Assembly: GCA_964276515.1 (NCBI GenBank)
Contig: OZ193909.1
Span: forward strand, 13,454,001 to 13,518,000
From: Gordius albopunctatus
Lineage: Eukaryota
Length of the DNA stretch: 64,000 bases
Direction: 5' to 3'
The number at the start of each line of letters is the position of its first letter. Position 1 is the stretch's first letter. Below, one piece after another: positions 10,335-23,358 of the stretch. The notes below the pieces were generated by a model that worked only from the letters and a program-made list of their open reading frames with translations, was not told where the DNA came from and made no database searches. Both the position numbers and the translations under genes were made by a program.

Positions 10335-13326
10335 CTTTGCAAAAAGCAGACGTTGGCGCCAAGTCGGAAAGCGACTATAAAAACTTTTCAAAAAGCATAA
10401 TATTTTTAAACAAAATATAACCACAGAAACTTAAGGCGTCCTCCACAAACGACGCAGTGTGATGTTAAAATACAATAAAATTACCGCCTGTCTCTCAGGC
10501 GGTTAAGAAAATTGGATGTGGATAGAATGCGGATAATATGCTGGAATATGTGCACCTTTATGAGAAAGAGCAGTGGCCCACAAATGCTATAAAGAATAAA
10601 GGTACATATTGCCTGCTTTAAGAGACAAGGCGGATGATCTAGAAGAGAGATGCAAGCTATTCTACAGTGGGACCAAATAGTAGAAACTGGATCGGTATTG
10701 TTCTAAGCTAATTGTTAAGGACAAGGTGGTGGATGCAAGTGTTGCTCGGACTAGTTACTCTGGGTCGTGATTGTCGATCAAAGAGGTCTCTAACCGTTAT
10801 GTGCGCGTATGCAAATTGGGTATATGAAATCAAAAAAAATCATACTCTTCGAATTTTTGGAAAATGAAATACATGGAATAGTACAGGAGGATAAGCTAAT
10901 TATGGAAGCGGACTTCAGCGCCCATGTAGGTAAAGATCGCCTCGGGTAGAACAAAATCATAGAGGCTATGGGCATAGCGTGAAGAATAAGTAAGAGGAAA
11001 AACTTATCCAAGTATCCCAAGCATACGAGATGGTGATTGTTAAGATGTATTTTCAAAAACACGAAGATCATGTTGTGACTTATAGAAGTGGGAAGAATTT
11101 TTATAAAATTGACTACTTGTTCATTCGGCGGAAGGAGTTATGGAGGATTAAAGATTACTAAGTAATACCAGGGGCCAGGAAATAACGTCCAAATGATATG
11201 GATCTTAGAAGAAAAGTTTTTCCTAAAAGAAGAAGGGTGTGTGAGCCTCAAATTTGATTCGAAGCGCTAAAGGATACGTTTATGAACGATAAATATCATC
11301 AAAAAGCGTTCGCGCTCTTGGTAGCTAAGAAGTTGCAAAAGTACATAGACGACGATTGGGAGACGCTAACTAGAGATCTGCAACGGGCTGTTTTTAGAAG
11401 GACAGCCCGCCTGTACCCGTTTTTAAAACTTTAAGGCGTCCGGGCCCGCCCGTAATTTTTTTCAACACCTCAGGCCCGTCCGAGCCCGTCCATAAATTTT
11501 TTAGGCCGGTCCGAGCCCGTCCGTAAATTTTTCAGGCCCGTTCGTACCCGTTTAGAAAAACGTCAGGCTCGCCAAAACCAGTTCAAATTTTTTTAAAGAA
11601 CTCCGCGCCCGGTCCCATCAAAAATTTTATATTATTTGTTGACATATTCATAAAAAAAACAATAATTATCATGTAAAAATAATAAATCTTTAATTATTTC
11701 TGCATTTAATACACCTAATTAATTTCAATATAGTATTAGCATTAAATTACCTTAAAATATTACATAGGAATATTCCACTTTCAACAATTTACTTTTATTT
11801 GATTAATTTAAGTTAGAAGTTAGAATTCAGTAGCACCATTAAATTAAAAAACTTTAATAAAATTACATGAGAGTATTCAACTTTAAATAAGAAGTTTACA
11901 TTGATTTAATTAATTTATATCAGTTAATACACCTAATTTTTAGATAAGAAAACAAATATTTATTAAATTATATGGCCCTAATAATAATAACTATACCAGT
12001 AAAATTTGTGATAAAATTAAACACAAAAATTTTGGTGCGTTATAACTAAGTTATTGAACTTAATTATAAAAGAAAATACGATGCTATAATCTTAAATTAT
12101 GTAAACGAAAACTATAGCAAATAGAATAAAAATGTTTGAAAGCTAAATTTAGCGCTTGAAAAAGGAATTAATACTAGAGGATATACAAAAATTAGGGTTT
12201 AAAAAATAGAGCAATTAGTAATCTATATATTTAACAAAAATCATAAATTTATATAATTTCCTTGGCCGTTTATATAATCTCTGGCCCGTTCAGGCCCGTT
12301 TATAAAACGCCAGGCCCGTTCAAGCCCGTTAAAAAAATCTCAGGCCCGACCGGGCCCGTTCCATTAATTGTAAAGCCCTCCGAGCCCGGCCCGTTAAAAT
12401 TTTTATGATACAAAGCCCGTCCGTACCCGCCCGCGGGCCTGCCCGTGCAGATCTCTAACGTTAACTGCGAGCATAAAGAAAATAGCGATTCGATTTCTAT
12501 GACACACCAAATGACGCAAAGTTATGAATAGAGAACTATAGTGGTGCGATCAACCGGTTAGAAATTTCACCGAAAGAAAGAAGATTCTATATAGGCGGTG
12601 ATATAAATCAAAAAAGTCGGATAATTATCAAGAGTTTAGAAAGGCAAAGAGGGGCGCGAAAAAAGATATTGCAATAGCGAAGAATGCTGCGTACACCGAG
12701 AGGGCAGACTAACTAGATCATAAAGGGGGCGACAGTTTAAATTGGCCAAGGTAAGATAGTCAAAAACGAGACAGGTCAAACCTTATTCAAGCCGAAGGAA
12801 GTAATGGAAAGGTGGAAAGTATATTTTAAGGAACTTATGAATATTGAAAATGACAAAGATTGCCTTCCAAATTTGGGGCCAAACATACGTTTGATCGAAC
12901 TCTCCAGGAAGATAAGTTATGACACAATTGAACAATATGCTAAAAAAAGCTAATCGCCCAGATGGAATACCTATGAAAGCATTGGTCGGATGCCGTGAAG
13001 AAAGTCACAACAAAGACGAACCTCTTTAACAAGATATTTGTATAAGAGCGAATTCCTAATCAATCGAGAGAAAGCACGAATATACCCTTATTTAAAGGCA
13101 AAGGAGAAAATAAGTGTTGCAATTACAGAGACACCAAACTAATTTGCCACGAAGTTAATGGAAAGGATTTTAGTTACAAGGCTACAAAACAAGGTTGAAA
13201 TTTCGGCTAACTAATTCAAATTTGTGGCCGTTAAATCCACAATCGACTAAATTTTAAAACTAAGACTAATGATGTACAAATATGGGGAAAAGAGAGGAGA
13301 CCTATATATGTTCTTATAGACTTGGA
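10335..13326 (+). mobile_element. Degenerate RTE-clade LINE, 3'-truncated, interrupted by hAT MITE
   Basis: Collinear with the full copy at 52084-55171 from the 5' UTR (ggcgtcctccacaaa) through APE (ADFSAHVG, IDYLF) to RT (FIDL); many stops and indels. Confidence 0.9.
11371..12457. mobile_element. Non-autonomous hAT element (TAGAGATCTGCA family)
   Basis: TIRs tagagatctgca / tgcagatctcta, GCCCG subterminal repeats, TSD acgctaac/acgttaac. Confidence 0.9.
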
Positions 13327-15017
13327 TAGTGATGCGGAAAAACAGAGAAAAATCTCGATCTCGTCTCGACAAACCGAGACGAGACGAGAAATTGAAAAAT
13401 TGAGTCGAGATAGAGACGGGAATTTTTACCTCGAGACGAGATTTTATAGTCGAGATCTCAGTTTTTTATTTTTAACTATTGAGACTTAATTTAGCTAATT
13501 AAAATTTTTTATTTTATTACATTTAGGATATTAAATGCAAATTATGAATGTGAAACTTTTGATACTAAATTACTTACGCACCTAATTATCCGCTTCGTGC
13601 GAATTTCAAATTTGTAATATAATTTTATTCAATAGACAACATGTGGCCCTTAGAGTATATGAACAATTATGTATTTATTACTTATTTGTATATCATTATT
13701 ATATAATATAAAAATTTCAGACCTATAATGAATTATGCGCAACAAGTTCATCATCCATCTCAAAAAAGAGCTAGCTGCTCAAAAATTTCACAAAATCCAA
13801 GGATGAATCAAATAAAATGTGGAAGTGTAAATTGTGCTTTAAAGTTTCACAAAATCTAAGGATGAATCAAATAAAATGTGGAAGTGTAAATTGTGGCTTA
13901 AAGTAGTAAGACTGATAGCAATACTTCAGGTCTTCAACGACATCTTAAACGTTACCATCATGATGATTACTAAAAATTTACCCTACTCAAATTAATAAGG
14001 AATTAAATTACCCAAAAACTTTTTTTCCGCGAATTTAGATGCTTTAGAAAATTTAAGCATTTAACAGCTATTATATATCAAACATATTCTTTAAAAATGA
14101 CTAAATAATTATATATATTATATAATTAGTTGATTAAAAATATAATTATCCCAATTTAGCAGTAATGGATTGGATTTTTGAGCACTCCGGCGACCTCGGT
14201 GCCTGCCGAAAGATTGTTTTCGAAGGCGTCTCTGACTATTCGAAAACATCGTAAAAGATTAACTCATGAATCAGTCATGTGAGCTTGCTATGACTAAACT
14301 CATGGCACACCTCAACAATTCTCAAACCAACACATTCATTACATTGTTCGTCAAAATGTAGGCTTGACAGATGCATTAAAATTCACTGAATTTTTTTCAA
14401 AATGCTGCAATTTATCAATAAATTAAAATATATGAACATAAGCTTTATTAGTACGTAATTATTTTATGCGAAAATTAGTAATAAATGGATTAAGTTAATA
14501 CTTTGTTATGTATAATTGGATGTCACACCATAATAGAATTGTTTAAATTTATATTTAACAATCTTGATTAAATTATATATGTGCATTTAACGTAAGGTCT
14601 TAAAACTTTTATGTTCCTCCAACAATAATGCCTATTTTATTATATTTGCAATGTTCAGATAATTTACTTGTTTTAAATAATAATAATATTTGTAAAAGTT
14701 TACCCTCTCATTTTTATCATTATTTCAACGTTATTATATTATGTTAAAATATGATTATATTATTAAACCTTATCCTTTTATTGAGCCTGAGCCAGGAAAT
14801 AAAAGTTATTAATTAGCAACTTTATACCTTCGAGTCAAGTAGTGCGTAACGCCTCTATTAAAGCTTCCTACCTTAAGTTACTCATCTAGCTTGTGTTTTG
14901 GGGTTTGAGAAAAAAAGTAGCTCCATTATGACCAATTTATATCTTACATACTAATTTATAAGAGATAGAAAAAAAATATATTTGGTCTAATTATTTTTAA
15001 AAGTCGAGACGAGACGA
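13327..15017 (+). mobile_element. Internally deleted hAT element (CGAGA-repeat family)
   Basis: tagtgatg start, CGAGAC subterminal repeats at both ends, BED-finger remnant (WKCKLC...LQRHLKRYH) and dimerisation-domain remnant (PATSVPAERLFSKA). Confidence 0.8.
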
Positions 15018-15420
15018 CTCCTTCCACAACGCGGCGGCCTCATTCGGGTGGAAATGGAGAGAGCCACACCACATTACACTAGCCGCAGTCGCGGTTCTGT
15101 ACGGGTACGTACGGTCGTATCTAGCGGGAAACAATCATCCCAAACTGGTCACCGACTCGGCAACAGCATATTACGTCATGGAAAAAGGTCACCAGTAATA
15201 GAAGAAGCAATAGCTACGTTCGTTAAAACCTTCGGTCTAAAACACTTGCTCAACGTCCACTTCAACCTATCATGGATACCCACCGACAAAAACCCCGCCG
15301 ATGACCCGTGACGTTTCTGGATACCCGAAACACCTGAATCCGAACTACCAGAAACCGACCAAGGTATACCCACAGAGGAAGAATTTGACTTAACTATTTG
15401 GGAAAGTAGTTGACCTAGAA
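15018..15420 (+). mobile_element. Fragment of DIRS/Ngaro-like retroelement RNase H domain
   Basis: Across a frameshift: W..PHHITLA-AVAVLYG...LVTDSATAYYVMEKG...LSWIPTDKNPADDP*R, resembling the HI..LE..A / DS / WIP...N.AD..SR motif order of DIRS-type RNase H. Confidence 0.5.
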
Positions 15421-15738
15421 CCATAGCATAAACCCATGCGCAGTATGCGTATATAAACATGCACCTGCCCCCAGGGATCACTTGTTTGATTTCCTGCGTG
15501 ATACCCTCCAGCACCTACATCGGCCGTTGTTTGTCCCCAAACCTTACCCGAAAATTTATGCCTCGTGTGATAGTAAATGGTGAATACCAGGTCACAAACA
15601 TAAATATTAACTTAATAAAATAAACATATTTATTATTAATTAAATAGATTTATAACAGTTTTAAATACTTATTAGGTAACGATGTTTAGCGATAACATGC
15701 ACAGTTGAGTGACAAAAGTGTTTAAAACCACTATTTTA

Positions 15739-16905
15739 TTAATTGCTATGCAATTTATGGACTCACTTTCCATTTTCCGAGTCCCCACTGAACGCGTCCC
15801 CACCGAACATGTCACGCTGCCGAACGTCCGCGTCCTCATACACTGTCACACTGCCAAACGTCCGCGTCCGCATACACACACGCTTAACGCTTATTATGCC
15901 TCTACAGATCTTGGGTTCGAATCCCGGAGAGGCCAAAAAATTTTTAATTGTTTTTTTATTTTTTAAATTAAATTAATATATTGTTATTGTTACTACCATT
16001 GATAATATGACTTTTTGGTCGTTCGCTGGCTGCTGACGAATAGAAAAAAATGACCATTGGCCAAAGTGTGAAGCGAAATTTTTTTTTCTATTTTTTTTGA
16101 CTAGCATTGATAATTACCCTATGCCCTCTCCTAGAAGGGCCTCGGTCTCTACTGATATGGGTCCCTGTGCCCCCCCCTTACAAAGATTTATGCCTCTCCA
16201 GATCTGGGGTTCGAATCCCGGAGAGGCCAAAAAATTTAAATTTTTTTTATTTTTTAAATTAAATTAATATATTGTTATTGTTACTACCATTGATAATATG
16301 ACTTTTTGGCCGTCCGCTGGCTACTGACCAATGGAAAAAATGAACATTGGCCAAAGTGTGCATCAAAATTTTTTTTTCGTTTTTTTGGGCTAACATAGAC
16401 TTATAGAGTATCTGTTGGTACTGACCAATGGAAAAAAATGACCATTGGCCAAAGTGAGAATAGAAATTTTTTTTCCGTTTTTTTTGACTCTTATGATTGT
16501 TCCTGTTACTACCATTTATAATATGCCTTTTTGGCCGTCCGCTGGCTACTGACCAATGGAAAAAAATGATCATTGACCAAAGTGTGCATCAAATTTTTTT
16601 TTCGTTTTTTTTGACTCTTATGATTGTTCCTAATACTACCATTGATAATATGACTTTTTGGCCGTCCGCTGGCTGCTGACCAATGGAAAAAAATGACCAT
16701 TGATTAAAGTGTGCATCAAAATTTTTTTTTTTTGGCTAACATTGACTTATATAGTATCTGTTGGTACTGACCAATGGAAAAAAATGACCATTGGCCAAAG
16801 TGTGCATCGAAATTTTTTTCCCTCTTACGATTATACCTGTTACTACCATTGATAATATGACTTTTTGTGGTGACCAATGAAAAGAGATGACCATTGGCCA
16901 AAGTG
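15739..16905 (+). mobile_element. Helentron/DINE-like non-autonomous element, 3'-truncated, with internal tandem repeats
   Basis: 5' subTIR aattgctatgcaatttatgg, ~110-130 bp ctgaccaatggaaaaaaatgaccattggccaa repeats. Confidence 0.75.
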
Positions 16906-17239
16906 TGGTTTAAAAAGTGGTGTAAGGTGCTATTGCATGTCGTTGCTCATTGTGACATTTCGTGATGCACGATCGTAACTGGCAATAGCGGAGCTTGCTT
17001 CTTGTTTCGTCGCTAGACCATTATTATTTTTTTTATCATTATTGATTAATAAAGTAAGTTTTGAATTTTAATATTTTATTACTGTATTAATATTAATTAA
17101 TTACTATGTAATTTATATTATATGCTTATTCATTTTGCTCTGTAATTATGGGTGCTAAGCACGTGACAAGACACAACACGTGCCTATTTTCATACATACA
17201 TTATCTTTTAATTGCTATATTAATTTTATCTCCAATTCC

Positions 17240-17442
17240 TAGAGTTGTTAAATTGCTAACTTTCTTCAACTCCAGCCACAATCTGCTCGAGTTTCTGCTC
17301 GGTACTCGAGCATTTTTATATGCTGCTGTTCTGCCCAATGCACCGAACAGCGAGCACATATTGTGCTAACGCGCATATTAAGCAACTCAGTGTGCGTGCT
17401 CGCGTCTGGAGTTTGAAGAAAGTTAGCAATTTAACAACTCTA
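17240..17442. mobile_element. hAT-type MITE (~200 bp)
   Basis: ~37-bp TIRs tagagttgttaaattgctaactttcttcaa, TSD ccaattcc/ccgattcc; second copy at 49804-50005. Confidence 0.9.
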
Positions 17443-17867
17443 CCGATTCCCTATTATTAAGTAAGTTGATTAATTAATTTTATTATTTCTAAATGTCACT
17501 ATACTCTTAATATGTAAAATTGTTATTTTTAATGCAATTTATGGGTTAAGTTTTTGTTAGACATTTATATTTTAATTGCTGTGTTTTTATCCTAAACTAA
17601 AGGTTAAGTTTAATAATCTCATAACATTGCTGTTAATAATAACAAAATTTTATCTCCAATTCTCTATTATTAAGTAAGTTGATTAATTAATTTTATTATT
17701 TCTAAATGTCACTATACTCTTTATATGTAAAATTGTTATTTTTAATGCAATTTATGGGTTAAGTTTTTGTTAGACACTTATATTTTAATTGCTGTGTTTT
17801 TATCCTAAACTAAAGGTTAAGTTTAATAATCTCATAAAATTGCTGTTAATAACAAAATTGGTTAAGT

Positions 17868-18816
17868 TTTTATGGGCTCACTTTCCATTTTCTGAGTCCC
17901 CACCGAACGCGTCCCCACCGCCATGTCACGCTGCCGAATGTCCGCGTCCGCATACAAACACGCTTAACGCTTATTATGCCTCTCCAGATCGGGGGTTCGA
18001 ATCCTGGAGAGGCCAAAAAATTTTGTTTTTTTATTTTTTAAATTAAATTAATATATTGTTATTGTTACTACGATTGATAATATGACTTTTTGGCCCTCCG
18101 CTGGCTGCTGACCAATGGAAAAAATAATTATTGGCGAAAGTGTGAAGCAATATTTTTTTTCTATTTTTTTTGACTAGCATTAATAATTACCCTATGCCCT
18201 CTCCTAGAAGGGCCTATGCCTCTACTGATATGGGTCCCTGTGCCCCCCCCCCCTTACAAAGGTTTATGCCTCTCCAGATCTGGGGTTCGAATCCCGAAGA
18301 GGTCAAAAAATTAAAAAAAAATTTTTAATTAAATTAATATACTGTTATTGTTACTACCATTGATAATATGACTTTTTGGCCGTCCGCTCCCTGTGCCCCC
18401 CCCCCTTACAAAGGTTTATGCCTCTCAAGATCTGGGGTTCGAATCCCGGAGAGGTCAAAAAATTTACATTTTTTTTATTTTTTAAATTAAATTAATATAT
18501 TGTTATTGTTACTACCATCGATAATATGACTTTTTGACCGTCCGCAGGCTACTGACCAATGGAAAAAAATGACCATTGGCCAAAATGTGATTCGAAATTT
18601 TAATTTCTGTTTCGTTTTTAAATTGGTTACCATTTATATTTACCCTATGCCCGTCAGTCCAATTATTTTGCATTTAATACCCCCTATAAGCGATCTCGCC
18701 CCTTCCCACCTTTCTCGCCCATAAATTGCATAACAAATATGATACATTTATACGGAGCATAGATGAGTCGTTCCCCCTTCCCTTCTCCCCTTCCCACGAG
18801 GGCCGAAGGCCCAAGT
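17868..18816 (+). mobile_element. Helentron/DINE-like non-autonomous element
   Basis: Same internal sequence as 15739 copy; inverted subTIR cccataaattgcata near 18718 and 3' hairpin gggcc-gaa-ggccc followed by T-run. Confidence 0.75.
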
Positions 18817-18824
18817 TTTTATTT

Positions 18825-19267
18825 TATTTAAATAGTTTGTTAAACCCCAATAATTTTGACCGTATACTGTAACATTTTTATTATACCTTTAAATATCTAA
18901 TTCGAGAAAACTTCAGCCTTGCATGTGTGACGTCATTATTGTATATGATGCTATAAATGAAACTAACCTAGAAATGTCCGATATTTTTAAAAGGAAAAGG
19001 TATTTTAGGAATCTGAAAAAGCTATTTTACCCCTGGCCGCCTTGGGAATCTACGGGTAAAGTTTCGTGCGAATCGGACCGGTAGTTTCAGAATTTAGCCT
19101 ATTTTTAAAACTAAAAGGAATTTTAGGATTCTGAAAAAGCTATTTTACCCCTGGCCGCCCTGGGTATCTACGGTTCAATTTTCTCGCAAATCGGGCCGGT
19201 AGTTTCAGAATTTAGCCTTTACATACATACATATATACATACATAGACTTTACTTTATATATATAGA
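18825..19267 (-). mobile_element. Non-autonomous Helitron, 5' part (same family as 4041-8143), with ~120-bp internal duplication
   Basis: Reverse complement reads tctatatatataaagtaaagtctatgtatg...gctaaattctgaaactaccggcccg. Confidence 0.85.
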
Positions 19268-19740
19268 TAATATTTTTAGTCCAGGTCACAATGCAAAGTT
19301 TTATAAAAGGTGGGAAATTTCACTTTATAGAATATTCTATATAGATGAGGACTTTTTAAAATAAGAATAACAACGTTTCATCGATATATGTCACATAAGA
19401 CATAAGTAATTAACACATTTGCTGAGCAGATTAATTGCGATATGTCACATAATTAATTAACACATTCGTTGAGCAAACTGGATGAGCAACTTGCTATCAG
19501 CAATTGCTCGTACAAAACTACTTTTATTTATTTAAGTAACCATAGGATATCCCTGCAAAAATTGCAATAAGAAAATAGATATCTGGGCTCATCACCCACT
19601 CCATTGCAAGTTAAACAAATATAGCTTTATCCGATCTCAAAAGATACACCTTTTAATCCAATCGGCTTTAAAAAAGGCGGGCACTCCTTCCATCCTTGAA
19701 CCATCCGATCCTTATTTAGAAGGTAGAATGCGTCCCGACG

Positions 19741-20180
19741 GAGCCCTGCACGGGTCAACCGAAACCCGACCCGAGGTCGGGTTGAATAAAAACGCTTTCG
19801 GGTCGGATCAAGTTGGATTTATAGAGTCGGGTCAAAGGATCGAAAGGTAAAATATTAAAAAATGATAATTTATTATTGTTTATAGTCTACCAGTAGCGAG
19901 AGGTCCTTTTCCACTGCTGGGAGAATTATAGAAGAGAGAAGGGCTAATTTACGCCCTGAAATTGTATACGCCACAATATTTATACATAATTATAGTAAAT
20001 CAATTTAATAAATTTTTTAATCAAATTTTTTATGATCATTTCTGTCGAATAAATTTTTTATCCTCAAATTTTTCTACTTGGTCGGGTACGGGTTGAAAAT
20101 TTAAAAACGCTTTCGGGTCGGGTCGGGTTGAAAATTTAAAAACGCTTTCGGGTTGGAATAAAGTGAATTTGCAGGCCTCT
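19741..20180 (+). mobile_element. Deleted hAT derivative
   Basis: Ends gagccctgca / tgcaggcctcta, TCGGG repeats, remnant STSSERSFSTAGRIIEERRANLRPE. Confidence 0.75.
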
Positions 20181-20395
20181 ACCCCTGGGAGGATGGTAAG
20201 TTTCTAGATTGGACTTTACATGCATTGATATCTTCGCGCCAACTAATAATAATTATAACTCACTTTCTTGTGCCGAAGATCGTAAAACACTCAAATACCG
20301 AGCCATTGCTCATTCTAAGATTTTTATTCCAATAGTAGCTTCCTGTTCGGCTACTTTTGGCAAAAAAGCATTAGCTTTTTTTAAATCGATATGAA

Positions 20396-21775
20396 TAGTG
20401 TTTCGATCTCGTCTCGTCTCGGTCTAGAAAAATCTCGATCTCGATCTCGTCTCGTCTCGTCTCGACTTTTAAAAAAATAATATATACGGAATAAGAATTT
20501 CTCCTGTTTTATTAAAAATATTAAATAAGTTTTAAAAAATTAAAATGGCAAATTTTTTTATTTTTTGATAAACTTTGATACACAAACTTTATAAAGATTT
20601 AGCAGGACACGACATCTCATTGTCAATATAAAGATATGAATTCATTCAAAAAAATAACATTTTCTATGGAAATTGCAGACTAAAAAAGTATAAATAAATT
20701 TGAAGTATAGAAAATAAAATTTAATTGTTCTTGCAAATTATAACTTTTGTATCAAATCACCTTGTTTGTCAACTATATAGACTTAAAAAATAATAATTTC
20801 GGTTATAGTTGACTTAGTTGCTCAATTTAGCAAATTGAGACACTTTATTAACCCTGGCTAAAGCTTCAAAGTAGAGCTTAGCATACTTAAGGCAAACATT
20901 TAAGTCTATTAGTACCATCATTAATTATAGCCCATAGTGTTCATTGCATGTTTACTATAGCGTTATAAACCACAATGTGCGAGTGACTTTTAATGGATAA
21001 TATTATTACTTACAGAATTGATAACTAGATGCACATATAAAAACAGGTAGAAAAAACAATAAAAGCAGCATTATTATCGGGTTAGGAATATGAGGTTTTA
21101 AACTCTAAATTGCACGTATTTAAATTTATGACAAAAATCATTAAAATCAAATTTATATTCCAAATAATTATCTTCCAATTCTAACTAACTTTGACATTAA
21201 ATAGTTATTTATCGAATATAGTTGAAGCATAAAACTTCTAGAAAATTCATGCTTTAGATTTAATCTATTGCAGTGTCATTAAATAATCTATTGTACTTTT
21301 GAAATCGTTAAGCGGGTGCTAAAAAATCTCGAGCCACCTTAGCTTAACTAGTTTAATTATTCAAACTGATTGACCACCAATTTATAATTACCGCATTATG
21401 CAGGATGAATAGCTGCGAAATATAAATATGCTTTGTTTATATTTACTATTCAATCAGAATTTATTCTAAGCCTATATTTTTGTAATATTTAATAATGCTA
21501 TGGATTTAAATGTGATAAAGATATTATAAAATTATTCACATACCCTAAGTGTCAACCATACTTAGGTAAATCCTGCAAAAAATATAATATTTACAGGAAT
21601 TTTTTAATGTCAAATATATTCAATACGTACTGAATGTAAATCATGCAAATTAAAATACACAATATTTTACTAAAATATAACGATAAAAAAAGTCGAGATC
21701 TCGCCGATAAAATCTCGTCTCGTCATCAAAATTCTCGTCTCGATCTCGACTCCATCTTTTGAATTCTCGTCTAGA
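20396..21775. mobile_element. Non-autonomous hAT element (CGAGA-repeat family)
   Basis: tagtg start, TCTCG repeat clusters at both ends related to those of 13327-15017. Confidence 0.7.
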
Positions 21776-23358
21776 TAGGAAACAGATCCCTCCAGAGCTA
21801 AATACTCACCGAGCTTTATTTTACGCCAAAAATCGGCATTTTGATAGCTAAATATAATTACAAATCTTTATCTGACACATGGCCCGTGTCGTGATGGCTA
21901 TTGACGAATGTTATGAATAATTTTTATTTATAATATTATTTTATGCTGGTTTATTGTATATTTCATGTATTAATTTTACCGAATAAAAGCATTTTAACAT
22001 TAAAAAAAATTAATTAACACATTCGTTGAGCAAACTGGATGAGCAACTTGTTATCAGCAATCGCTCGTACAAAACGACCTTTATTTAAAGTTGTTAACAA
22101 GCTAATATTCCTACTGCTTGAGCTTGTATTTGCTGTCACAACTTAACCTCTTAAGCATTTTACCCCTCTTGATGACAAAGCTTATGCGTCCGAGCACATA
22201 TGCTATCTAGGTTTACGTCCAAGTCGGAGCTAAATAGCAACTTAACTACTATGCAAAGACATAAACCATTACCATTTTATCAACTTAGCTGGAAAAAATA
22301 GTGATTAGTAATTTTTTAAACTTGGGCCATCTACTATTCAATCCATTTATTAAAAGAATTTTAGGGTTTCGACAAAATCCCTATTATGATTAAAATGGGT
22401 TATAAATTATTATTGCCCAGCATTCGTTTAAGCAAAACTTTCATAAATTATAGTCTGGCAGCACCACGAGCCAAACATGAAATTATTTATTGTATCATCG
22501 GGGTGATAAATAATGCGCCCGAAATGATATGAGATAGAACGGGCAGGACGGCAAACTGCCAAACATTAATTACAAACTACGAGATTTTAAGGTTAAATAG
22601 CCACGATAATTGTTTACTAAATTTCATAAATAATTGTGATAAATTTCTTTGCCAGCAATAATAAATAAAGCCGAACGGCCAATCGATAAAATAATATTGT
22701 GTGCTGCTCGAGGTTCGAAACTACATTTAAACGCAAAAAAGACTGCGATCCAGGCAGCAAAATCATGTAAAGCATAGTGATGGTGCGTCGTTTAATATAA
22801 TATGGCAAGGAGGAAGGATCGGAATGGGAAATTTAACGGTGTCTCGCACAACCCGCACGGAGTTCGTTCTAATTAACGGTAGTGTCGTAAAAACGGCTGG
22901 GGGGTTTTGTTGTTTGGTCGACTTTTGGTTTCTTTTTCTTAGTAGCATAAATAGACCAAAGGTAAAAGCAAAGGTGGACCAAACATAATCAGCCATTTGT
23001 ACAACACTAATCAACAGATTCGAGGACAACGGTGTCTAGCTAGGTACGCGAGAGCAATCATATGCTTTCGGGTGGATGGTGGGGGGGGGGGGGTAAAGCT
23101 ACAATTTGGGGCCTGGGTGCAAAAGCAAGCGAGTGAACAAAAGCGATAATAACGAGCCAAACGGACTTGTGATGCAAAAAACATATCTTGATAAACTAGA
23201 TATCCATTGCTGCCGTCGTGTGATTAGGTTGTGACGGGTGGGCGTGGTGTGGTTGAAAGAATACAACTATCGTGAATCACATATAATAAAAGCGGTTCAA
23301 TCGCCTCAACAATTGGTTCATTTAGAGGGCACTACAACCGAGTGCTGGAGCCGGCTAG

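Larger units (their letters stand above)
19531..22007 (+). mobile_element. 5'-truncated non-LTR retrotransposon with restriction-like endonuclease (CRE-like), interrupted by two hAT derivatives
   Basis: CKNC-x8-HPLHC zinc knuckle, ILEP...RMRPDG (19545-19740), PWEDGKFLDWDFTC...AEDRKTLKY...FIP...TFGKKALAFF (20181-20390), RQK.GILIAKYN (~21825-21860, frameshifted), AATAAA and A-run at 21982-22009; flanked by 80-bp direct repeat. Confidence 0.8.

Noticed and set aside
16230..16905. Regularly spaced palindromic repeats resembling a CRISPR array
   Set aside because: Intervening sequences are themselves repeated, no unique spacers or cas genes, eukaryotic context
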